NCBI GenBank assembly: GCA_051362555.1
Contig: CM120643.1
Span: 25,052,848-25,116,847 of the forward strand
Source of the DNA: Lingula anatina
Taxonomy: Eukaryota > Animalia > Brachiopoda
DNA: 64,000 nt
Direction of reading: 5' to 3'
Below, one piece after another: positions 1 to 13,500 of the stretch. The number at the start of each line of letters is the position of its first letter. The stretch's first letter is position 1. A model generated the notes under the pieces. The model made no database searches and had not been told where the DNA came from. It was given only the letters and a program-made list of their open reading frames with translations. A program made the position numbers and the translations under genes.

Positions 1-317
1 TATAGTTTTTAATTATGATACATTACGGTATTACAATAAACGCTGGTCAACAAGGTGAATGGTGAGGGCATTTAGTTAAAATGAAAAAACATTTTGTGTG
101 TGTGTGTGTGTGCGTGTGTCTACGTGTGTCTACTGGTAGTACTTCATGAAGACATACAGTATTTAAATATAATTCCAATTTGCTAACTTTTTACAACTTA
201 AACCTAGCTGCTACAGAGTCACCAAGCAAAGTTGAAGTTAAACAGATACAGGGTTTGCCTTCCAGGGGGATAGGTCTGTACGTAAAAATCAAACAACGAG
301 AGCATAATTCTACAAAC

Positions 318-464
318 CATGTCAAAGTCTGCTATGATCTCATTTAGGAGTCTCAGGCACTCCAGTCCATTCTTGTTCACATCATTCTGGTGGTAAAATT
401 CCTTGAAATTTGGAATGGAAGCAAACATCACACACACTGAGCTGTAGGACTCATGGTACAGGCT
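318..464 (-). CDS. ADCY2: Adenylyl cyclase exon, start of C2a ([20 protein letters not shown]...[10 protein letters not shown])
   Basis: ttccag| acceptor, |GTTTGT donor, 147 nt, phase 0/0, conserved C2a motif. Confidence 0.93.
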
Positions 465-3400
465 CTGGAACAGCAATCAACAGAACTCTAAACTGGTAAT
501 ATCCTTTGCCCACACGCACAAAATAATTGTTCAACAAAGTAGAAAATATATGCTAAGTATGAATTACACATACTGGAATATGTCTTCATGTTTTTCAGTC
601 TTTCCTATTGGTAAATACAAACCATATTTTGTATCTTTCAAATAATCTAGGAGAAGCAGTCATACATTGATATAATGGGCAGACATTTGAAACCTGGAAC
701 ATAGTCCATTCAATAAATCAATTTGTTTTTATGTAGGAGTAAAATTAGCAAATGACACTATCTAGCTGTCTTGTATATACTGACACTATCTTGTATATAC
801 TGGCCTCAATGAACTTTTATAATATCATTATTTAATCCTTTCTAAATGAATCCTGTCAGACCGAGCCTCACCAATGTTCTTTTGTCCGAGTTCAGAAAGT
901 GAGTGGCCACGTGTGCTGGCAGAATGTTCTCCAGCAGGACTTTGGTCAGAGAGCCCATGGTCTCCACTTCCTCATGTTCAACCTTAAACTTGGTCTTCCA
1001 CAGGAAATCTAACCTTGATGTGTGCTCCATCTATGGGTAAGAAATGAAATTAAAAATGATATATGTCCCAAGTAGGACCTTAGAATATATCTAAAGATGA
1101 AACCTAAAGGTGATCATAAACTGAGTTTATAAATAATAAATAAAATTTAAATAAAAGATTTAGAAATATAGAGCACTAACTATGAGATACATGTAGACTG
1201 TAGACTTACCTGTCTGTCTGAGATATGTAGAGTGATGCAGAGAACTATAAGATAGACAGTAGACTTACCTGTCTGTCTGATATATGTAGAGTGATGCAGA
1301 GAACTATAAGATAGATAGTAGACTTACCTGTCTGTCTGATATATGTAGAGTGATGCAGAGAACTATAAGACAGATAGTAGACTTACCTGTCTGTCTGATA
1401 TATGTAGAGTGATGCAGAGAACTATAAGATAGATAGTATACTTACCTGTCTGTCTGATATATGTAGAGTAATGCAGAGAACTATAAGATAGATAGTATAC
1501 TTACCTGTCTGTCTGATATATGTAGAGTGATGCAGAGAACTATAAGACAGATAGTAGACTTACCTGTCTGTCTGATATATGTAGAGTGATGCAGAGAACT
1601 ATAAGGTAGATAGTAGACTTACCTGTCTGTCTGATATATGCAGAGTGATGCAGAGAACTATAAGATAGATAGTAGACTTACCTGTCTGTCTGATATATGT
1701 AGAGTAATGCAGAGAACTATAAGATAGATAGTAGACTTCACTCTGGTGCTGATGTGTGGTCTGGAAGTGACAGATAAACAAATGCATGGTTACTAAATTA
1801 AAATCCAATTAGCTTGTTTCTTATACACTTAAATCTGTAAAATCATAAATGTTAAACTTAAATTATGGTTCTACATATTGTATATTTTTTAAACTTCAGT
1901 GCTTCAAACGTAAATGCAGAGAGTGACAAGTAGACAGATGGACAGTAAACTGACGGACAGAATGACAATAAAATGAAGTAGACAGATAGACAGATGGACA
2001 AACAGAGAGACAGACGAGCAGATCAATAGAGGTCTAAAAAACAAAAAGATATGCAGTCAGACAGGCAAACTTACTCTTCCCCTAGAAGTCTGTGCAGATC
2101 ATACATGTCAAAAACATCTGCCTTGGAGTAGTGCAACACTATACTGTAGATCACTATGCCAAGGAACATGAACAAAAACTTGAGGATGAAGTTCACTTGA
2201 AGAAACACTGTACAGGCAGTGAGGGCCATCATGGCTGTGAAGATGTAGTACTGAAAATATAACATTAGAATGTGTTAGGTGAGACAGTGGCTTTGGCAAT
2301 CTGTAAATTTTCACTTCTTGCTATCAAGGATCCAACAGTGTGCAGTAAACAGCTTGTACTGGTATACACAAGATTAATCAGAAGTCAAACCATAATGCCA
2401 TCCTCTTTTTTAAATTTCTCTCTTTCTCTCTTTTCTTTTAGCCTTTGAATTATTTTTGCCAGCAGGTGAAATAGGACTAATACTGCTAACGAGCAAACCA
2501 GTAGATCCTAAATAAATCTTACATATCTAAGAACTATTAGATCTATATGATACAGAAAATAATCAATTTGACAATCTTACCACCAATGTCTCAAACTAAG
2601 GTTAAAGGGAGCACTGAATGTTGACAAAGTCACCTTACTACATGTACAATGTACTTACTGGAGCAAAATCACAGTGTGTGGAGCCAGGATCTCCTGTGAT
2701 GTTGAATACATTGGTGTGGAGATCAGAACGACAGTCACTCTGAAACCATAGGTATATTGTAAGAGGAAAAAATTGAGCAGGAAACTGTCTAAACTGCATC
2801 CACACTTTAACTATGATTATAATAATGGATCCATAAAATTTGATCAAAATCCATTTTTATGAAAATCTCCTCCAACAATCTGTCTCCCAGAATCTACTTT
2901 TTATATCTTGTATTAATATGGGACAAGTGTGCTCTCAACAATCTCCAGTGCATGTGGAAAAAGTGAAAGGGGAGTAGACTTGTGTTTTGTGATGTACATT
3001 GTGATGCTTGCGATAAGTAATGTATTTTATACATTCACACCACGAAATCGCAATTCAAGTTGTGAGTACAGTGCTTGCAGTAACAAACCAGTAGCTCAAG
3101 ACCACAGCAATATCTTTTCTAAGGCCTGAGTACTTACCACAGTCACCACAGCCAACGTCATCAGTGTGGACAATATGGCCGCTGTCATTAGTAGCCTGAC
3201 CCATACGCTGACTGTTACCAGAGCAGAGATCTTCAGTAGAAATGGTGGCACCCTTGACCTCAGTTTTTGATCCTAGATTAAAATAAACAAAAAAAAAATT
3301 GCCTTTTTACTGATTTATATTCAGTCAAAGTAGACTAGTAGTTTTAAAACCAGTTTTAAATCTATATTATTTTATATAGTTTTTTTAAACCAAACCCTTG

Positions 3401-4938
3401 CTATTCTTTAATTTGTCTCGGCATACTTACCCCTAGTGACTCAGCTACAGTGCCACACAGTAGTATAATAAATAGGACAAGCCCCACCCCATAGCCAATA
3501 TACAGTGCTTCATACCTGTAACAGAGTTTGTTTTGTATCATATCATATCATATCATATCATATCATATCATATCATATCATATCATGATACATTGTATTG
3601 TATTTATTGCACTGTATCAAGATCTGTAATCAGATTCAAGTGAAATCTTTTAATTAAAATTGAAACTTAAAGTATTTTCTGAACTATCTATGTTTTCTTT
3701 TTGATAAAATTGCTTTTCCACTCTTAAACTGTTTATAACCTGAAATGGCATCTTTTAAAAGTGATTAATAATATGCAATTATTTCTTAATTTAATTATTT
3801 TGAAGACATTATTTTCTACCATTAATTTCTTTATCTATTGCAATAATTCAAGCATCTTAATTCTTAAATTAAACTCACCTAAATTAGTTAAGCAGGTGAA
3901 AAATACCAGTAACTTAAAGTAAAATCATATCTTTGTGAACAGTCAGTGAAAATTTACCTAGGCAAAAGCAGAAACTGTACAACTCCCATACAGACAAAGA
4001 TGGCAGCCGTGCAGGTAACATAGTACTTGAATGAGCCGTCTGCCTGTCTGTTGTAATCTAGCTCCAACTGGTTTCTTTGGAATGTAAGAAGAAAGGCATT
4101 CATGTCTTCTGACCTGAACCAACGTCTGAAGTAAAAGAAAACAAGGCAGCAAAGCTGTCAAATGTACAGACAAAAAACAGAAAATAAAGATGCAAAATAG
4201 GTCATTTTGTCAATTTTGATGCAATAATAAATAATGCTTATAATAGCACTGTCAGTCAACACTGAATTTTAATCATGCTCAACAGGTAAAATGGTCAATA
4301 ACATGAGCGGACCCAGAGATATTTTCTGACAGTATTCCAAAGTATCTATTTTGATCCATCCTCCATTTTGATGGTCTTCCAACAGAAGAAAAAATAGATA
4401 CCAGGCAATATAAACTTAATAACCTGACTGTCTTCCGGAAGTCCCAGAAGATGGTCTCAATCTACCCTTTCAATAAGATTACAGTTTCAGGACCATGAGA
4501 GTTCAAATTCACATGATGTAAGTCTCAATATTTGAAAAATGATGACAGTGCTTAAAATAATATTACATAAGTAACATAATGTTTAAAGACATAAAAAACA
4601 ATACAACTGCTTATGTGGAAAAACAGAAATGTCAGAGTCTCAGGCGGATGAGAGTTTAAAGTCACAAATGCAAGTGTTTGAGAAAAAATTATAAAGGAAA
4701 ACAACAAAACTAGAAAAGCACTCCGAGAGTGCAGACCTCTGCCAAGGTAGCAATTGTTGATTATTATTGATTTTTGTCCTCTTTGGCCCACTTCTGACAG
4801 TTCCTGAAAATTTCAGCAAAATCGGTCCATAACTTTTTGAGTTATGTTGATGACAAACAGGGGTGAAAATATAACCTCCTTGGCAGAGGTAAATATAATT
4901 CCAATGAAGCTGCTATTCAAACTTTTAATCTTTCAGTT

Positions 4939-4988
<50 letters not shown>

Positions 4989-7900
4989 TTATTTGCAATA
5001 TTAAACAAAATTTACCTGCATAATTATCACTGCTTCCTTATTATTAATCTAGCAGAGAGCTTAACCTATGGGAGTTTACAGGGAAATATCAACAAGTGTG
5101 CTTTATGTAATCTCAAATCACAAGTGTGCTTTATGTAGCCTATCAATTAGGCAAATTACTTTATAACTGAAATTAGCGAAGTGATACCCAAGGGAAATTT
5201 ATAGACTGACCCTCTCAAAGGTCTTTCAGGCCCATAAGTCACAACTTAAGAAGAGCACAAAACAATAATGCACAAAATAGGAGACTACCACTTCTGATGC
5301 AATAATACATTATGTTTAACTGCACAGTCAATATCAAATTTTAATTTTGCACAACAGGTAACACCGATGAGAGTAAAAGCATAAGGCTTCAGGCCCATCA
5401 GAGTTCAAGTTTATACTTAGAAAGTGCCAGAATGAGAAAAATGAAATTTCACACAAAATTGCATTAAATTCAATAATAAATGATAACCCAATTGACCTGG
5501 CTTTCTAATTTGAACTGCATGCCAATCCTAAAAATCATACTCTTAAGTTAAATATAATAATAAATAACACAGTTTTCTTTTCATAATGTTTGCAGTAGCA
5601 GTGCAAAAAGATTATTGTCAATTTTGATGTAACATTACATAATAAATTATAGAATAATTATCACCAATTTTTGATTATTGACTATAAATAGCATGAACAT
5701 GTAGAAAATTTGATTACCATCCAGCTTCATGTCCATGGGAGCTCCGAGTCCCACAATGAATATGCAAAAAAGATAATGAATATTTAACTAAAATGAATAA
5801 CTTCCAGAAAAAGAAGCCCATTAGACTGCTTTTCCAACTTGGGCTGCATTTTAGTCCTGTGTTTCTTTTTTGAAAGTTTGACAATCATAACGAACCCGTT
5901 TTCCCATCATGGTCATCATGGCAGATGTGGATGATTGAATCTGACAAACTGCAATGATATGAGTTTATTTCCGTTTTGGACACTTGATTACACAATACAT
6001 GATAACAAGTTTACCATCATTTTTACATAATCAACTATCAAAGTTGTAAAGATGCAGGAAATATCAAACACACACTTTTACGTATCTTATTAGTTCAATA
6101 ATGAGACTGTTAACATGCCTAAGAATTGAATCTGAGGAAATTTGAAAAAACAGTACAACTTCTAAAATAATGGCCCGATAACACTGATTTTCGAACTCAA
6201 CCTGCATTTTTGTAAGATTGACCACTCCTGTGAGTATAATGACAATTGGCTAAGCTGTTTTTCTTATATTGTGTTATTAATGTTGCATATATGTTGAAAA
6301 AAGTGAAAAAACAGCATAAAAAAATTAAAAGAAAATGTAAAATAAAACATAACAAAAAATACCAATAAAGCTGCTATTCAAACTTTTAATCTAGCTGTAC
6401 AATTACTAACATGATATGAATAACCCTATTGAGTTTGAGAATAATAAGGCACTGTTATTCATCTTTAGCATTAATGTAAGCGTTACACAAATTTTTTTTT
6501 GTAAACTTATTTTCCATATTAAATAACATTTACCTGCATAATAATCATCGATTCCTAATTATGTGACACAGTTAAGAAAGCTAAACCGATGGGACTTTAC
6601 AATGAAATCTCAATGTGTGTTTATGTAATCTCATTTAATACCCACTTGAAAATTAATTAAGCAAATTATTTTATAACCCTGAAATAACTTGAAAATCAAT
6701 TAAGCAAATTATTTTATAACCCTGAATTAACTGCCTACTATCCATATACATTTATTGCACCAAATAGCACTGTACTGCATTGCTTTCAAAACAGAAAACA
6801 ATTACGATGGTTTTCCAACACAAGCTGCACTTCACTCTTTTCAGTAAGGTTGATTATCATAAGTAACATGGTTTTCCCTTAATCGCTATCCTGGCAGCAG
6901 TGTCCAAAATAGGGTTTTCTTTAACTTTCATGCAATATAACATAATACTTAACAGCATAATGACCATCAAATTTTTTATAAAAAAATAAAAGTATCATGG
7001 ATATTCAGAAAATGTGATATGGAAAGGTCTCCAAGGACATGGAAGTTAGGGTCACACTTTCAAAATGCCAAAATGTTAACAAGAGATAACTGTACTGAAA
7101 TGATTTTCTTTCCATTTTCAACACCTTTTTTACATAAAACCATCATCAATTAACTGTCATTTTTAAATGATCAACTAGGAAAATTGTTGACATAGGAAAA
7201 ATATCAATAGAACAATTTATAATGTCCAATTAGCTCCATTTGGAGATTCTGAACATAGTGAATGATTGAATCTGACGAACTGCAATGATGAGTTCCTTTC
7301 CATTTTTGATACTTTATTACACAATGCAGGATAATAGGTTTACCGTCATTTTTATATAATCAACTAACAATATTGTTAAGAAGCAGAAAATGTTAAAACA
7401 ACACTTTAACATATCCAATTAGTACCATTATGAGACTGTTAACATGCTTAAGAATTAAATCTGAAGAAAAACCACTTATATACAAAAAGGCTAATAACTT
7501 CATCAAAACTTAACTGATCAAGCTTATTTTCAAACTTGATCTGTATACTGGTCAGATTGATCACTCCTGTGAGTTGCAAGACAAAAGGCTGATTGGTTTT
7601 CCTTAAAATGCGTTATCAGTGTTGCATGTATGCTGAATAAAGGGAAAAAAACAGCATTACTTTTGTAAAAATAGTCCAATCATGCCAATTTTCAAACTTG
7701 ACCTGCGTATAATAAATATTCACCAGTTCTGTAAATTTCAATCCAAGGAAAGGAAAAACATTTTTACACTTATCATGTTATCGGTGTTATAAAAGTGCTG
7801 AAAAAATTGAAAAAAAAAACAGGATAACTTCCATAAAAATTGCCCGATCTTGCTGATTTTCAAACTTGACCTGCGTATTATGAATATTCATTAGTTCTGT

Positions 7901-8998
7901 AAGTTTCAAGCCAAATGAAAAAACAGTTTTCCACTTATTGTGTTATCAGTGCTGCATATATGCTGAAAAAAGTGAAAAAACAGCATAAATTCCCTAACAA
8001 TAATCGAATCATGCTGATTTTCGAACTTGACTTGCGTATTATGAATATTTATCAGTTCTACAAGTTTCAAGCCAAAAGGTAAATTGGTTTTCCACTTATG
8101 GTGTTATCGGTGCTGCATATATGCTGAAAAATAGTGAAAAAACAGCATAAATTCCCTAAAAATGACCCAATCATGCTGATTTTCGAACTTGACCTGTGTA
8201 TTATGAATATTAATCAGTTTTGTAAGTTTCAAGCCAAAAGGTAGGATGGTTTTCCACTTATCGTGTTATCGGGGTTGCATATATGCTGAAAAAAGTGAAA
8301 AACCAGCATAAATTCCCTAAAAATGACCCGATCATGCTGATTTTCGAACTTGACCTGCGTATTATGAATATTCATCAGTTCTGTAACTTTCAAGCCAAAA
8401 GGTAAAATGGTTTTTCACTTATCGTGTTATCGGTGCTGCATATATGCTGAAAAAAGTGAAAAAACAGCATAAATTCCCTAAAAGTGACCCGATCATGCTG
8501 ATTTTCGAACTTGACCTGCGTATTATGAATATTCATCAGTTCTGTAAGTTTCATACCAAAAGAAACAAGGCAGCAAAGCTGTCAAATGTACAGACAAAGA
8601 ACAGAAAATAAAGATGCAAATAAGTGAAAAATTAAATTTTCACAAAAAACTGTTAAATTGCCAGAAAAATTTCCCAAACAGACTGCGTTGCCTATTGAAG
8701 CTGTATGTTAGACCCATGTTTCTTTCCTATAAGTTTGAGAACAGTAAGTGACATGATTTCCCTTAAATGGTCATCATAGGAGCAGTGCCCAAAATAGGGG
8801 TTTCTTCAAATTTTGATGCAACATTACATAATGTTTAACAGCATAATGACAATCAAATGTTATTAATAAAATATTAGTAACATGGACATTCAGAAAATGT
8901 GACAAGCAAAAGTCTTCAAGATCATGGAACTTTAAAGTCACACCTTGAAAATGCCAATATGTGAAAAATTAAATTTTCACAAAAAACTGTTTAACTGC

Positions 8999-9053
<55 letters not shown>

Positions 9054-10525
9054 AAACAGACTGCATGGCCTACTGAAGCTGTATTTTAGTCCCATGTTTC
9101 TATCCTGTAAGTTTAAGAACAGTAAGTGACATGATTTTCCTTAAATGGTCATCATGGAAGCAGTGCCCAAAATGGGGGTTTCTTCAAATTTTGATGCAAT
9201 ATTACATAATGTTTAACAGCTTAATGACCATCAATTTTTAATTATAAAATATTTGTATCACAGATATTCAGAAAATGTGACTAGCAAAGGTCTTCAGGCC
9301 CATGGAACTTCAAAGTCACGCCTTGATAATGCCAAAATGTAAACAAGACAGCACTGTTCTGAAATGGGTTTATTTCAATTTTTAACACTTTTTTAACATA
9401 AAACAAAATAAACATTTTACTGCCATTTTTATATGTCCAACTAAGAAAATTGATGAGATGGGAAAAGTATCAATAGAACAGTGTTAAATGTCCAATTTCC
9501 TCCATTCTGAGATTCTGAACATAGTGGATGATTGAATATGACAAACTGCAATGATATGAGTTTATTTCCATTTTTGACACTTTATTACACAATACATGAT
9601 AACAAGTTTACCATGTTTTTTACATAATCAACTAACAATGTTGTAAAGATGCAGGAAATATCAAACAAACACTTTTAGGCATCTTATTAGTTAAATAATG
9701 AGACTGTTAACATGCCTAATAATTGAATCTGAGGAAATGTGAAAAAACAGTATAACTTCTTAAGTAATGGCCCGATTATGCTTATTTTCGAACTCAACCT
9801 GTGTTTTAGTAAGATTGACCACTCCTGTGAGTATAATTACAATTGGCCAATCCGTTTTTCTTATATTGTGTTATCAGTGTTGCATTTATATTGAAAATAG
9901 TGAAAAAACAGCATAAATTACCTAAAAGTGACCCGATCATGCTGATTTTCGAACTTGACCTGCGTATTATGAATATTCATCAGTTCTGTAAGTTTCAAGT
10001 CAAAAGGTAAAATGGTTTTCCACTTATCGTGTTATCGGTGCTGCATATATGCTGAAAAAAGTGAAAAAACAGCATAAATTCCCTAAAAGTGACCCGATCA
10101 TGCTGATTTTCGAACTTGACCTGCGTATTATGAATATTCATCAGTTCTGTAAGTTTCAAGTCAAAAGGTAAAATTGTTTTCCACTAATTGTGTTATCGGT
10201 GCTGCATATATGCTGAAAAAAGTGAAAAAACAGCATAAATTCCCTAAAAGTGACCCGATCATGCTGATTTTCGAACTTGACCTGCGTATTATGAATATTC
10301 ATCAGTTCTGCAAGTTTCAAGTCAAAAGGTAAAATGGTTTTCCACTTATCGTGTTATCGGTAAAAGTGCACGGCGACGGCGATGGCGACGACGGCGACGA
10401 CGGCGACGACAGCGACGACGGCGACGGCGACGACAGACGCAGATGATGGCTATATGTACAGACACATCTGTGTCTGTACATAAAAACAGTTTTCCATTTA
10501 TCGTGTTATCGGTAAAAGTGCACGG

Positions 10526-10565
<40 letters not shown>

Positions 10566-13500
10566 AGACGCAGATGATGGCTATATGTACAGACACATCT
10601 GTGTCTGTACATAAAAATTCAATTAATTAAAAAATTTACAACAATCTGATCGAAACCAGCCAATTTCACAATTTAACTACTTAATCAGTTGGTATTAACC
10701 TGGGAAGAATGAACTTGAAGTGCCTTAACACTAACTAATTAAAATTATCGGGTATACCAATATCTATTTAAGTCTCTAATACATTTAAACTGTCACATTT
10801 GGTGATCATTTGGAGAACAAATTTTTGCCCACTCGCACTCTCTTTAAAGTTGGGGCTTTGACAATATTTGCTAGTCAACATAAAATTCATACATCAGGGT
10901 CAATGGACTTTAAATATTTAAGCCTTTTCTTTTGTTGCAGCATTTTCTTTCATTACAGTGAGCCAAATTTCATTCTCCAATTAAACAATTTCAAGCCTAG
11001 CTGGTGTATAACAGGCCCATAGCCAGCAATTTCAAAAGGGTGGTTCTTTTTCTGAAAAAGTGGACCTTTTTCTCTAAAAACTTCATGAACCTAGATCAAA
11101 TTTTACCCAGAGTGGACCTTTTCCCACCAAAAGGGGCGGTTCTTTCGAACCCCCCGAACCCCCCCTGGCTACGGGCCTGTATAAGGAGCTATACATGCAG
11201 TGTGATCAAATGCATGATGTATCAAATCACCTTGGATCTCCAGAACAAGAGAGTGGGTTCATGTTTCCTTCCATCATGGCTAAACTCTGAAAATGGAAAA
11301 CACATATTATATATGCATACTAAAATTGTACAATGTTATAATTATTTAAATGAAATACCCCTGAACTGCTATCATTCATATCGGTCTTTTAATTTTTGTT
11401 ACGTATCAAATCAATTTAGACTTTTCAAGCATCTTGTCAATTTTGTTCATGGTCCCTCACATTGGCCAATGTAATATTTAGGTAGTTCAAAACAATGAAA
11501 AATTTTGATCCATTTATTCCATATTTTTGTCTTGTCTATTTCATATCTATTTCCATTTTCTAATATTTACCAGATCAACATCAATAAAAAGTTTGCCCTT
11601 TTTCACGTACTGTATTTTGTATAACTGGTTGTTCAAATGAAGAATAATTACAAGAAGAAACACTGCTTACTGTTTCACCAATATTTTTTGCCATAGAAAA
11701 TTCAATAAGATTAGCAAAGGGTTTATCTGCCCCCCAGGAATCCAGGAACTTGGACATCCTGGTGGAGGCCCTCATAGTGGCCTCTATACCATGACCTGTG
11801 GTCGGACTGGTCATTTGACTCTCAGCCTAAAAATAATACAAGATACTATTGTTACAGTAATTTTTTAACTTACTTTAATTATCTTAACTTAATGAGTACT
11901 AGGAAGGATGTTGTCCAGGCAGTTCCTTTCATTTGGTCCTACTAGAATGTATTAGCAAAACAAATTTTGGAATACTCAATGTGAGAATATTGTATGCCCT
12001 CCTGCAACCTTAATACATGTACAGTGTACACTTAGTTCATGAACATTCTCTTTTAAAATCACAAGTCTGAACACGTACCATCTGGACCTTCTCGAACAAT
12101 AAACAATTGACTGTGTCACACATTATCATAACTTGGGATTTTACACATTTCCAGGGTTTTGCAATCATACAGATCTTCCAAACCACTTACATTAGTTGGT
12201 GGAATAATAAGATAAGTTTCGACATCTCTTTCTCGTATAAATTCATCTCTCTCATGGCCATGTCCAGGCTCTACCCCAAACTCTGTGCTCAGATGCAATA
12301 GTGTATACTTTGATATGTGAACTCTCCTGTAAAGTATCATTTTATGGCATTTGAACAAGAATTCTTGACCACATTAAAGTTGAAATAGTAACTGGCAAAA
12401 AAAAGCTGAATGCTTCTTCATTTTTTAAAAATTAATTCAGTTATTCATTTCTTGCTTTCATATTTTTCTTTTGCTACACACATTTATTGCCACTGGTGGA
12501 GTTATGACAGTTTTACTCAGAATTTTAGAATGGTTATACAAGCTGCATGTAACAATTAAACATTGGTCAAAACATCAAGTGCTTAGCCTGAAATATTTGC
12601 TAAGGGGCCATACACGAAGTAAATGTGCTTAAGGACCATTCCAACAGATATTTGGATCGATCTATCTCCCTGGGGAGTCTCACTAAATTGCTATCAAACT
12701 AACTGGCTTAAATGTTTGTCACGCCTAGTAAAACTGTTAGGGGGTAATTATCTTTACCCCTAGCTAATTCGGTAAGCGTGACAGACATTTAAGCCTCTTG
12801 AGCTGATAGCAATTTAGTGTGAACCTCCAGAGAGTTAGGTCAATCCAGATGGATCGATCTAAGTATGGGAACCAAGTCTTAGTGTCTCTTATAGTTGAAA
12901 CAATTCATTTTAGTCATTCTTTAATATTGCTACAAACAACTAGATTGTCTATATATACTCTTCATAGCAGTATCCATCCTCACCCTGGCACGCCTCCCTG
13001 CTCCATGTGATTGGCCAATGTGACGTCATCTGACCAGACGTCGTACTGCCACTTCCGCAGTCCCAGTACTCCACATAACACATTCCCAGTGTGGATGCCT
13101 ATCCTCATGTCAACATTGACACCTGTGGCTTCTCTCACCTGTCTGCATTAAAAGTATAGTAGATTCTAATGAAAAGCATTAATATATCTTTATGACTATT
13201 TATAAGACTATCAGCTGGGGAAAAAGCACATGAACTGATCAAAATGCAATTTGAGAACTGATTTTTTAAAACCCTGAATTACATGTAAGATCTGAAGTGT
13301 GCCATGCAGCTACATGTACTTCATTTTCAAATCTCTTTTATTGATTGAGGCACCCCTTATAAGTGGAGGAACACAGTGCATTACGTATATATGAAAATGA
13401 AGAAGATGCATGTATTACCCCAATTCTCCAAGAAACTCAAGCTAGGATATACCTGATAGCCTCTATCATTTTCAGCCCCATTTTAACACAGTTGTTGGCA

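Larger units (their letters stand above)
4139..10617 (+). mobile_element. Composite of Helentron/HINE (DINE-1/pearl-like) non-autonomous elements
   Basis: Two matching 5' ends (aacaaggcagcaaagctgtcaaatgtacagac at ~4139 and ~8563); internal blocks repeated three times (e.g. gatgattgaat.tgac.aactgcaatgat at ~5930, 7262, 9527); 161-bp tandem cores; (GACGGC)n microsatellite; two 3' hairpins tatgtacagacac-atct-gtgtctgtacata followed by AAAA at ~10453 and ~10583. Confidence 0.75.

Noticed and set aside
1201-1738. CRISPR-like regular array
   Set aside because: No unique spacers and a eukaryotic context; the units are exon-derived tandem copies
8999-9051. Long poly(A) as a retrocopy tail
   Set aside because: The flanks continue the HINE sequence and no TSD or upstream retro-element is evident; likely slippage
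10346-10612. Arg/Ser-Pro-rich ORF
   Set aside because: Translation of the (GACGGC)n microsatellite in the HINE 3' end
11004-11474. 156-aa ORF similar to ORF 47805-48233
   Set aside because: The similarity comes only from the shared MITE
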